64,000 nt of DNA, from assembly GCA_002633005.1 (NCBI GenBank), contig NMRA01000054.1, positions 745,674 to 809,673 of the forward strand, read 5' to 3'. This document shows positions 37,798 to 50,173 of this stretch, piece by piece. The DNA comes from Phoronis australis. Its lineage: Eukaryota > Animalia > Phoronida. Under the pieces are notes generated by a model. It did not search any database, was not told where the DNA came from, and saw only the letters and a program-made list of their open reading frames with translations. The position numbers and the translations under genes are program-made. Within the stretch, counting starts at the first letter, position 1, and each line of letters opens with the position of its first letter.

Positions 37798-38909
37798 CTG
37801 AAACGATAGTTGATCTTAGAAATGAAACAAATTCAATGTAACGTTATAACAGAGGAGCACCATAAAGCGTTGGTATGCATTCACAGCACCGCCACGTTTA
37901 TTCTACAGAGTTACAAAGGACGCTGGCGGAACATAACAAACCCGCTGCCACGGTGTCACACCTAAGTTACGATTGTTTATTTATAGTTTTGTCATTAGCC
38001 GGCATACAAATTCCACGGAGCCCCTTCAAAAATAGAGAACACAGTTTATTATACACATCTAGACCGAACGAGAGGTTGACATCAGATCATATACACCAAG
38101 ACTGATCGAGTAATGTTGTCCGAGGTCAAACACCAAGGTAAACATTGCTCTCCCAAGGTTAATATAACTTGATTTGGATGAACGACCGGCCTATATTCGT
38201 TTTATTACACGACCACAGATGCTTCTGATGTTCGTCTCTCTTATTTTGTTAGCATACGGAATTATCCGCTTCCACGTTCTGGCACCGTCTGCTTGCTTTG
38301 CAGTCAGAGTCTATGGTTGGTTTCTACAACGTCTCATTGGTCAGATTGCGAGTAACATCTGACGTCCATTCAAAGCAATATCTGTGGTCATGTAGACAGG
38401 TTATGACGTTTTTCCTTATTGTATGATTTGGAGTTATGAACTCAACAGTGGTGAATTTTTTTCCTATCATATGATTTGGACCGATTGTTAAGTTAGTATA
38501 GCGGTTAATATTTCGGAGTCAATAGTTTCGATATAAGTCGCTCACACATTCATATTGACCGCTGCTATGGTGATAGTGAAGTGTCAGTAGCTAGTGCATC
38601 TAACACAAATAGTGCAATGCAGAAGTTGACATTCTGTCTCCACACATCTTGTCAGGCTTCTCAAGAATGTTGTTCATTCGTCAAAACAAAAATATGGCAA
38701 TTTCAAAAGTGGCAAATGTGTAATTATTACGCATACGTCCTTTCAGTTTTAGCTCTTGCATCAGATTCTGCAGAAAGTATAAGGAAACAGTATCACTTAA
38801 CAATATAGAACCTGCCACTTCTTTAACATAAAACATTTTAAAAAGTTTAAAAGCAATTATAACGAAAAGTTAACAAGAAACTGCTTATCTAAAACTACGT
38901 ATCCCTCAC

Positions 38910-39071
38910 TGTATTGGCATATAAATGCATGAGCTCTCTGAGAGCATGAATGGTCAAACCATTTGTCATCGTCTGGAGTATGTATGTTCGCGCACACATT
39001 TCCTGGTTCCATCCAAAATTGGTTTGGTTCATCTCGTGCCCAGTTCCGGTACCCGGATTCCAAAGGCTCCC
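38910..39071 (-). CDS. C-type lectin domain, C-terminal half (EPN motif)
   Basis: cag|GEPLESGYRNWARDEPNQFWMEPGNVCANI...KWFDHSCSQRAHAFICQY|gtgag. Confidence 0.92.
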
Positions 39072-39547
39072 CTGGAAAGGATTGATCTATTATCATATTC
39101 TCAAAGCAATGGTTTTTTACAGAAAGTGTGCCGTAATAGCATTTGAAGACGATGTGAGTGCCACACAGTCCAAATCTTATGCGTGAAATATCCGTGTTTT
39201 TGTTGGGCAGTTGCAACGCAATAGTTGATGAATTAAAATCACAACTTTTGAGAATGCTGTACTTGCCTAACATATGCTGATGCTCGCTCATTATGATTAT
39301 GGAGTAAGAACTCGAGAGAGTTGGTGAAATTGTGTTTCTTGTCAATTTGGCCCACCCATAACGTAAGCGAGCCTATTTCATCTTGACAGCAGCAACGGTT
39401 ACCGAGTAGGCAAATTTCCTCCCACAAGGACTGCAGGAACTTTCTCATCAGCGTCCTTTCCTTATTAACACAGTTCTTTTTTCATGTAATGCATTTGTAT
39501 TCTTGATAATTTAGCCTTTTTCTCATAAACCGCATTTCATTTCTTGA

Positions 39548-40638
39548 GGTTATCTCAAAGTTTATTTAGTGGCCTCCTTTCAAGCTCGTATATCAAAACA
39601 CTAGCAAAAGTATATAATTTCTGAAAGAGGAAAGACCGGGAAATACAAAAATATGTTTTTTATTTATGGACTATTATTATTATTACGTTAACATCTTTTT
39701 AAGTCAAAATTTCATTTTTAGAAAGGCACATTCTAAGCAAAATAACCCTTTGGTCGGTTTGAATGAAAACTTCACCAATTACCTCAAAAACAATGTTAGG
39801 AATTTTCGATTAGTCTTTTCTTTTGGTTTCTATGGCCAGGGTCCTAGAAGATGTCAGGAAGTTTAAAGGCCGAAACATCTAATGATGGGACTCCCTTCCT
39901 CTGACGATCGTCTTATCTTTCGCTCCCCGGAGTTTCTTATCACAAATCACCTCGCAATACGTAAGGTAATTTTGAACAAATAGAAGCCGTATTCGTCTTT
40001 GTTACATTACGCAAAAACTAGGCTTTTATTTCGAAAATTCTAACATTGTTTTGAAATTGATGAATAAATATTAAGCTTGAAAAGTTTCGGCGAAATTCAG
40101 AGCAGTTTTTGAGAACTCGTGCTCCTAAGTTCAAATGAATTCGATTTGCCGAAGCCGAGAAAAAAACAATCAAACTGAGACGAGTAAAAATCTAAGTCTT
40201 CGATTGATGACCACAGAGGGATGAGATGATTCGTAGCATTCATTCTCAACGGTGGTATGCATGTAGACGCACAGCTCCCTCAGGATTAGAATTACGTTTT
40301 GTCTTTGTTTTCCCCGGCTCCGTTCTATCATAAGTACACCTCGTTGACTCAATATTATGGCGACTGAAAGAACTGAGGGTGCATACGTAGCTGCTCTGCA
40401 CCTGGCGGGAGGTTCGATTTGAGTGACAGCCCTGTAAACTTGACCTCCCATAAGTAGTGAACAAATATTCACGCGGTTGTGTGGTTCCAAAGTGGTTCTG
40501 CTAAATCTTTTTTCCGCTACACGGTATATCTTTTGTATTTGAAGTTCCCCGAGAATGAATGAAGATAAGGTATTTTGCTAGACACCCGAAAAATATTGTA
40601 AAAATGGTCATTCTTAATGAATAAGATTTGAGATAACC
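39548..40638. mobile_element. Kolobok-type non-autonomous element
   Basis: TTGA|GGTTATCTCAAA ... TTTGAGATAACC|TTAA. Confidence 0.55.
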
Positions 40639-40795
40639 TTAAGCGTCTTTCTTTTCTCAAGAACAATTTAGGGGGTTTCTAGTTGCCTTATTGTATGCGT
40701 CAGTGACGAGGCGCTGTATTACGTCACAGTGCTACCAGTGAGACCACGAGCGCAGAACCCGAGTCCCGCGTCAACGCCAAAACTTGAGGTTCGAA

Positions 40796-41694
40796 GAACA
40801 AATTTCGACACTTTGTAAACTCATTTGCCATAAATAACACGAAGAGGCAACAGCTGTCTTGTTTAATGTCTTATTTCACCAAGAACAGACAATTTACGGC
40901 ACATGCTGAGAATCGAACTAAATGGACCGAAAAAGAATTGCTATCTATCTATCCAATGCACTTGTTTAGTAAAGTGGATCTCGTTGACGAGAACTGCGTT
41001 AACGAGAAAAGTTGCAGCTGCTGTTAAAACGGTGTTTACAACAACGAAACGGGACAATTGGGACAATGACGTTCATAACGATTATTATGAGAGATGTTGT
41101 TCACGATTTTGATGTCGCTGAAAGATGATTTAGTGTTGGTGGTGCGAGTAAAACGTCCTACCAGTTATCCAAACCCACTGCCCCTCAGTTCCCACGTCTT
41201 TTCCAGAGTGTGTGACATGTTCTTTGGCATAGGCACCAATCCAAATACTCGTTTTCGACCACTTTAGCTGACGGACTTTATTCTCTATGAACCTTTGAAC
41301 GGTTTCATTGCGAATTGTGGCGAGTGTGCCTCCAAACTGCGTACATGTTATGTTGGCTTCTGGCCATGTCTTTCGAGAACGCACAAAGTCGTAACACAAG
41401 TTCTCAAAGTATTCGAGTTCGCCCAAGATCCTGGTTTGACAACGATATGGCACTGAAATGGATTAAAGCAAATTAAATCTATACATTTTACGCTGCATAA
41501 CTTAACCAACAGAATACATACAAGATTTGTAAAGTTCGGAGAACAATTTCGACACTTTGTAAACTCATTTGCCATAAATAACAAGAAGAGGCAACAGGTG
41601 TATTGTTTAATGTCTTATTTCACCAAGAACAGACAATTTACGGCTGAGAATCGAACTAAATGAACCGAAAAAGAATTGCTATCTATCTATCCAA
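40796..41694 (+). repeat. ~160-bp direct repeats (40796-40955, 41540-41694) flanking the first CTL-domain exon
   Basis: GAACAA(A)TTTCGACACTTTGTAAACTC...GCTATCTATCTATCCAA occurs twice. Confidence 0.85.
41162..41452 (-). CDS. C-type lectin domain, N-terminal half
   Basis: cag|LPYRC...FENLCYDFVRSRKTWPEANITCTQFGGTLATI...IWIGA...QWVWITG|gtagg. Confidence 0.92.
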
Positions 41695-44600
41695 CGACAT
41701 AAAACATCACAAAATGTAAAGATGATGCAACATTTGACATTCAAAATATCAAACGAAAAAAATGCGTGCGTCCACATTTTGACTCAAAGCGGCTATAAAC
41801 CAGCGTTCCCCTCAACTTGAGAAGAGAGGTGATCTCTGGACTTGTTATCAACTGACAATTTATTATTTCTCGGGACCATGGTCGGCGCATAAGAGTAGTC
41901 GGAATCCTTCAAAATGGACTAATGCCAAGTATTATAGAGGAAATTGATTGCCACCGATCATACACCACACCACACCACAATTAACCGACGTTGATAAAAT
42001 ACTTATGCTTCTGTCGCATTGGCACCGGGTATAAGAAACGGGGTTTCTTAGATTAAAGAATATTGGCAGATGTGTTTCTACCGAGAAGATTGCATGTCGT
42101 GGCGTTGCAGTTGGCATGAGCATTTTGCAGTGCCTAGAATTAAGGTCAGGTTTGGCAGCTGATTTGAGGAATGTGTTGAATATAATTTCAAGGCAACTGA
42201 TATGCTTTTGCTTTTGAATGTGGACGTGACCTACTTTTGATGAAAAATGGAGGCTGCAGTTTGCTTTTGACCCCTGTCGCCTGCTGTCAGAGAAGCCGGG
42301 TACGATTTCAGGAGGCTATCAAACAGATCAAAATTGCCAAGAAGGCAGGTGGTAAGGGGCGTAGTATGACCACATTTTTAAAATTTAGAGATAACGAGCA
42401 TTCTGAATCTATAGTCAGATTTTTTCTAGTGCTTGCAGGGAAGAGGTAATTTTGGGGAGAAAACTGCAAAATTTGCGGTTTTTGGCCCTATTTTTCTAGG
42501 CCGGGTTTTTCGATGTGAATTAATCGATTAAAAATCTGTAGCATAATTAAATTTCAGTTATCATGAGTAGTGCTTGTGAGTTGGGAATGCTACAAAACCT
42601 TTTGTTTTTTCAGACTCTTGTTAAGGAATTGAGGAAAGAACTCGTCTCTATTTAGGCGTGCATCGGCAGCCAAAACCCTGTTGTAACTGTAATGTGTCCC
42701 CTTAATTTGTGGACGATCTCGATTAGTGTGGCGCCCCCTAGTGACTACCTTTTGTATCCAGCGCTGCTTTCCCTAAGCCCCTTGCAGGATCTTTGTGATG
42801 TGCGACAAGTATATAATCCCCATGAACGTGACAACTTAATAGATGGAAATTTATTGTGGACGGCTCAGGTACCACTGAACCTCTTAGTGATAATTCTATT
42901 TTTACATTGGCCTTTTGTTTCTTCGGAATTCCAACACGGATTTAGATGGAATTTTGCAAATAGATTTTCTATAGGAACAAGACGAGGCCTTTTCTTTTTT
43001 TGGACTGGTTTGACGTATTCCGCACAACTTGGTGGCCACTTTTATAAAGTAATAAACACTCTTACAAGCACAGCGTTTACGGTGAAGTCGTGGACGCATT
43101 TCAACGCTTTGCACTGCTGTGGTTCAAAATTCAGCACAATTCAAATTTGTTACCTTAATGAAAAATATTTACACACGGCGTGATCATCAAGCGTATTTTA
43201 ATTCATCCCACACACTGCTACATTTTTATTAACTCATTAAGTATTTTCCATATAAGATCACTTCCAGAAAGCTACATTTAAACTTTTTGGACGGCCATGT
43301 TGACCTTGCCAATGTTCTAAAGCTTGCGTGGACTTGCTTAAGTGTTGTTGCAACAACCAATCAACACACAAACGTCTTATACAAAAATAGACAAACTTGC
43401 GAAGTATTTTCATTAACAGCAAAACCACATTAACTTTAGTTTTGATAAGAAATGTAATTATTTTCCGTTTTATTTATACGTGTTTTTTGTTGAGTTTTGG
43501 GTCCATAGGAAGTATTTCCCCGTTTTCAGCACCCCCCGTCTTCATACTCTCCCGTTTCATCGTTCCCCCGGCTCAAAATTCCTGGGCCCCAATGTTCGAT
43601 CTTTCCGATATCTAACTAGCATGGTGCTAACTGGTTCTGTTGTAATTTGGGCGTCATGCATTACTTTTATTCATACCGGAGGTCAGGGATTTTTTTGTAA
43701 ATTGCTTATTAAATCCAATGGCAAAAACTTTTACGTGCGTCAATAAACATGCATTCTTGCCAAATTTTATTCGTGTTTTTTTAAACAAATATATCTACCC
43801 GAGACACAATTGATGGATGGCGAATCTTTAACAATGGCGCCTATTCGAGATTTAGAAACAGACTTCACAGCGGAGACCTTCTCAGTCCCTTGTAGGCTAG
43901 TTATGAATCCCCTGCTTTATCTAAAAGCTGATTAAATGTGCCAAAGGCGAAATAAGACGGAATTGTCTTTCATCTGTTCGTAATAACACAAGCACAGCCA
44001 TTGGGGCTCAGCGAGGCCATGACCCTGTTCATTGCTAAAATGCTCCCCCCGTCAAAAGTTATTTCAATTTTCGATCCCCCTGCTCACTAAAAAGTGATCT
44101 CATTTCAATTCACACCGACTCCCCCCAAAATTGTCGTTTTGCGCATATGGGCTCGAGCAGAAATTGAATTGATGGGTAGAGGGATCACCAGGCTTGGGAA
44201 CATTGGTTTCAGACACCAGGGCCGAGGAACAATGCGGGAGAAACCTCGAGACGGGTATCATCCGGAGTGCGTCGTATCAGGAGTAGTCCGATGGGAGAAC
44301 AAAGGAATTGGAGATCTAGAGACGATCTAAATTTTAATTCAATGTTGGCACTGCTATTTAGAAAATACGTTTTGCTTTAATACAAAGCCAAAACAACATT
44401 AAAAAGAATTCAAACACTCTTAAAGTTGAAGAATGTTCTTTTTAGATAGTCATAACCACAACGATTGCCAGTTCTTGTGCATGTTATCTTTATCACCATC
44501 TTGTGTACGTTTATAGAATTTTGGAAATCAAGTGCTTGCCAAAATTTACACCATGGGGCTCGAATTTGTCGGTGTGCGGACCTTTTAGTAAAAGAAATCA

Positions 44601-45168
44601 ACGAGGACTAAAAAGGGGGAGGGGGCACTAGGTTCAAGCCCGCGAATTTTGCATCCGCGCCGACTTCCCGTGGGATTTTGTGGACCTTTGTCTCGTTTAC
44701 TCGAACATTTTGTTTCACTGAAGCGGACCTTTTTGCCCAATTCGCTAAATTGGGCGGCTTGTTCGAGCCCCCCGAGCCCCCCTTAGGTTGGGTGCACCCA
44801 TGTCCACGTCCAATTTCCATAATTAGCTAAATTCAAAAAGCATGTTTCATGGAAATGTGCAAGTTTAAACAAGGGGACTTTTTACTTTTATAAAATGCAA
44901 TAGTTTGTGATATCCATACATCAAAAACAAAATTGCTTCCCGGAAGACACCACAGAAGGGGTTCATGAACCTCATGTGGACTACGGCCCACGGCCTAACA
45001 TTGGATAGCAAGTTGAGTAGAATGAAAAATACCGCAATGTCTGCTCGTTTTCCAGGTGGATTTTGTTTGTAGGGCTATACCTGGTGAAAAATCAATGTAG
45101 GCCTATAGTGAGATTCGTCGCGTCTTAAAAGCGGGGAATTTTGATCAAGGTGTGGCAGGACAACTTAC

Positions 45169-45238
45169 GTAGGCCTACATTATTACCGCGTATATAACAG
45201 CAGGAAGCAACAATGACATATGCAAAACACGGCCACAT
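45169..45238 (-). CDS. C-type lectin/mucin membrane protein, exon 1 (signal peptide)
   Basis: MWPCFAYVIVASCCYIRGNNVGL|gtaagt; phase 1 matches the next exon. Confidence 0.6.
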
Positions 45239-48200
45239 GTTTAGAAATGCAAGCGTTGGTCAACAACTTCAAGCTACTTTGTCTAGATCCAGATAACGTG
45301 CAGGCCTACTGAATATAGGCTAACTCAGTCGGCGCAATCAACCCACGTATTGAAGTTTGAGCACCGGTTTCACTGACTACCAGCGAAAAATTATCGCCTA
45401 CAGTTTTTGTCATTTCGTACACATTAAGCAATACCTTCAGGTATCGAAGCCGTCCCAGCAACAATAGAAGTAGCGCAGCACACAAAAGCTATGGCCTTAT
45501 ACATCACAAACCAGCTCCGAACGTCGATGCTCTCTTTTTGCTCAGTCATGTACCAAGGCAGACGTGCTTTAGGCTATGTTTTTTTGCAATCTAATCGGTC
45601 AAAGTTTGTCACTCTCGCACGCGCAAAAAGATACATACGATAGCAAAATCGATGCATGCGCATTCCGGAGCATAGATTTACGTTGGCCTAGTCGGTACCA
45701 AGCCCGATTCACGTGCCGTCCAATCGAAGAACACAGGCGATCTTATTTCGCTCATTGAACGTTCATCTGTTCACTCAGTCAAAGACAAAGTTAACGCAGA
45801 GAACCCCAAATCGACAAGCAAGGTGGCATGTTCAAATTATTCATTAGTTTTCTTAACTATTTTGAACTGCTATCATGTTATGGAAATGTTTGAGATGCAT
45901 GTGGCTGAGAAGTTGGGCGTTTTGAAATTTGAATGGCCTACACACCGAGGAAATTAACTTAAAAGGACACCAAACCCGGTTTTGGCCTATTAACAGTGTC
46001 AGAATAAATATTGATTAAGTAATTAGTAAGAATAGATCCATTTTAAGTTGCCCAAAATTATTTGTGCATATGTACTTTTAAATCATGGGGTCAGACTTGT
46101 TGACATGTATTTTAATGTCAAAATCTATTTTTAGATGGTGTTTACAACTTTAGGTTCTGGGGTCAAAGTACTCTAGAGATTCTAGAATATTCTGAGAACA
46201 AATTGTAACAGCCAATAATATGAGTGGATATGATCATGTGGTTTTTATTAGCCAATCACTAAATAAGTGGAATGTTATATTATGGGCTGAAATCAACTAG
46301 ATAATTAGATGAGCTATAGTAGTTGAAGTATAAAGACTTGCTACAGTGTACAGAAGCAACTGTACGACAGAGCCATCTCGTGGAAGATTCTAGAAAGGAT
46401 CTTGGCAAGGGCAAGGGTAAACGAACAGGAAGTTAATTAAGAGCTTGTCACTTGCATTTTGGGTAGTAACATACTACCTGAAGTGTTGCGTCATCAGCCA
46501 GAGACTGTGACCAGCAAGAAGATTCGCGGGTAGAAGAAATTGCCTGCAAGTGTTGCATCACCAGAGACGGTGACCAGCAAGTACACTGTCGCTATACAGT
46601 GTGTGTAGTTCGAAGATTCACCAACAGGACAGACATCCAACAAGTGGAGAGTCCTAGCTTGGATAGCAGATAAGACATTTGATTGTTTTGGTTGTTTGAT
46701 TAAAGTAATCTTTAAAGAGGGCGCTAGCGCAGTTACTCTTTGTAGTTGATTACTTAATTAACAATAGGTTTCACTTGTCTAATTAGGGGTTATCATATAA
46801 TAAATTAATTACTGGATTTGATCATTCACTTTCCATCTACGCACAATCTCAAAGCATAGCTACCTTTTAAANGTTTGCTGGTGTAAAAATACTAAAAACT
46901 TGAAACAAAATGAAACAAGCTCCGATACTTTGTTATAACATGTACGCAACCTAGGTACCGTCAGCGACGAACACATGATAAAAGAATCAGGGGGAAAAGG
47001 CATAGCGAACCTTTTACAGCACTGTGACAAACAATAAAAAATAAGGACGATTGATACAATGATAAATTACGATGTAAACTCTTCAAATATGACATAAGCA
47101 ATGAATGTGCAAAGCAGCCGATACCCCCGCCGTTCACGTCACTGACACATCAGCCAATCAGCGATCGCTTTCAGAATTCAGTGTTTTGACCATGAATACG
47201 AATTGGCTTTTGTTTGGCACGCAAGTCAGGCAAATGTGAGTTTTATTTGTATGTTAGAACCGATTAACTGCAACATTATTTTGACTACAGTCCCCTTTTA
47301 ACTTAGAAGGACACCAAACCAGGTTTTGGCCTATTAACAGATAGTAAAAATGATTTTCTCATCCAATTCCCTGGAACAAAATAATGCTCTATAACCCTCG
47401 ATAACCGCAAAAGTTTGGAGGAAAATATGGAAATTACTTTCAAAGTCTGATAAACGGGCAAGCGTGACCTACGCTTTTAGCGAGTAACAAGGCAACTGTG
47501 CGGGAAGACCACCTTCCAAAAAAACACAATATCCAATCTACGACTTCAGTTTTTAGTTGATTCCTGCTTCTATGTTTGAAGATGGATGCCAGTGATGCAT
47601 TAGCAGTTGACCGAGAACGAAGATTGGGTGAAATCGTCAAAACAGGATTTAAGTATCTTTTTAAGTCGTGAGCGTAAGCACTACGCCTGCTGGCTGGCGT
47701 ACCCACAAATCCCTTTCAGTATATCATGTGATGTAATACACACGGTTAAATTCTCACAAATGCTTAGCTGTTCTCACTGCTAAAACCCGTTTTCAATCCA
47801 CATGCAGAGTATTACAGGACACATAAAGATGATAAAAATGTCGGCCATTTTGTTTGAGGGTCTTAAGTGTTACCGTGTCGCCTTCTTTCTTACATGCGGG
47901 AAATCAGAATAAGGCCAATCAAAAGTGTGATTTTTGTACTCAACAAATTTGGTTTAGAAAAAAGACCGTTTGTGGTTGCTTTAATTACACCAGTTAACAT
48001 GAAATAACAAGCACTAAACTTTGGTATGGTCAATATCTTTTAAATACAATAAATGAATTACATGTACTTACTAGATAACTAATAAATAAATTTAAAATAG
48101 GGGTAGGTCAGGTTTCGGGGCAGTTTTGAGGTAGGCGTTACAGGCTCGAAGAATCTGGTTTGTTATTTATTTGTGAACACGTCGGGAATGAGAGAAACCA

Positions 48201-49573
48201 TTTGTTCGGCTGCAGCTGCACTACTCTTCAAGACAGCGGCACCCTGTTACATTTGTGCATTGGGTAGTGACTGAGAAATGAATTGCGATTTCAGGTAGCT
48301 CTCAAACAAACCAGAGTTGAAAAAATAGTTTACTTTTGGACCACATTTTTGGAATCTGTAGGAAATTTGCTTTCAGAATCTAATGCCGGCATATGTCGCA
48401 CATCGGCAGGGAAGTGGTGGGTTTAGAGTGGAAAGAGCCAATTTTACGTTTATCCCATTTTTCTTAGGATACCTTGCTTTTCAGTAGCAGTGAAAGTGCC
48501 AACAATACATGACAGAATACAGTTTCTGTGCTCATCCGTAGAGCTTGTGATGTGAAATGACTAAAACGTTTCATTCTTTTAAAACAGTTTTCGAAAGAGT
48601 GAAGAAAATGTCCTTCGGTGTGTATTCTGTTAGGGAAAACCATGTCCTGTGCCCCCCAAAAGACTTAATTGTGCATATGCCGGGAATCCAGTATGCGCAG
48701 GTGTGTAGCCTAACAACATATTTTCGAGCTCTCGATTTTTCCGGAATAAAATTTGGAGAGGAAACTTTATTAACAGTCCACAAATGTGTATAAATTTTAA
48801 CTGTAACTAAATAGCTTTCAACCTACCACTTTTAGAAGCTCTTTTGTCTAGACAAGCTTGCTGTTCCACAGGTTATCCAGATAATTACTGATCACTTCAA
48901 CTTAGATTGGCATCGGAAAATCACTAACCACACGACAAGCTCAAACTATTCTAAGTAGGACGTAGAACCGAGAATCAACAACAGTTGGTAAGATTTGCCT
49001 ACCAATGGCCTCGCAGCCTTCTACTCAACCGACATATCAACTGCATTTTGGAAATCGCCTGACCAAACAGGTTTAACAATGTTTCCAAATATTTGAGAAA
49101 GCAGGCAGATTGGACGACTTTTCTTATGAGGAATCTCATAAAGAGGTGTCCCCATGAATCGTAATCAGGCAGCAGACCAACCCTGTGGCTAAGCACGCCT
49201 AATGCACCGCAAAATACATCAGGTTGCCTGCCTTCTCCTACCCCCACTCAATTTAGTTGATAGAAAAGCGCTCGCTTTTCATATGATTCATGTATATCAA
49301 ACTGGTTGCATCGACATGAGGGCGTAAACACTGGATACCTGCTTCCAATTGTTAGGCCAATGAACATGACAACACAGTAAAGTGAATAATTAGGAGCCAT
49401 GGCAACAGTACTTATGTTTATCCCATTTCTCAAAGTGATTTCTATCTCCAGGGAGTAACTGCACTAATGAAATTACCTATTACCTCCAATCAATCAACAA
49501 AGAATCATGAAATGTTAATTTCACCAAAGTCTTTACTACGTTTCGTCATAGCGATTCATTATCAGTTTGGAAC

Positions 49574-50173
49574 ATGTTCTCTTCAGATGGTAAGCCGAGT
49601 TATCGTGTGGCCATCGCGAGCTTTTTCGAACAGACAACTGGTCACGGATTACCACGAATTTACGCATCCAAGGAACAATTGCGGAAACTGTTCTGGTCAT
49701 TCGTGTTTTTGGGTTGTTTGGTAGCTTTTTTGATTAATGCTGGTATTTTAATATATACCTATTTCACATTCCCCATAAACACCGAGCTCTCTGTTCAGTA
49801 CAACTCCGAAGCCGAATTTCCTAGCATAACCCTGTGTAACATAAATCCTGTCAGAGTTTCCATGGTAGAAAATTACACAGAGATGATCCAGCTAATTGAC
49901 CAGCGTTTACCCGAATTGGGAATTCTGATAAGAAAGAAAGTTGCTACAATGATTGACGATCTGGGGGAGACGGATTTCAAAAAAGTCTTTGGCAACATGA
50001 AATGGCAGGATCTTAATTCGTCGCATGACTTAAGCACTTACGCGATGAGTTTCGAACACACTACGGTGTCGACTATGTCAATACAAGAGCGTCTGCCTAA
50101 GGAATCGTCCCGGGACATGCATCGAAGAGTTAAGCGGGAGCTGCCAAAACTGGAGTCTTCAAAACCTAAAAAG
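49574..50173 (+). CDS. DEG/ENaC (amiloride-sensitive sodium channel family) exon: HG motif, TM1, FPxITLCN
   Basis: FFEQTTGHGLPRI...LFWSFVFLGCLVAFLINAGILIYTYF...EFPSITLCNINP; donor AAG|gtaaa. The true start may be upstream (acceptor at 49586). Confidence 0.93.

Noticed and set aside
42600-43200. 163-aa plus ORF and a protein-like minus frame in lectin intron 1
   Set aside because: No recognisable domain or splice-consistent link; possibly decayed TE but unsupported
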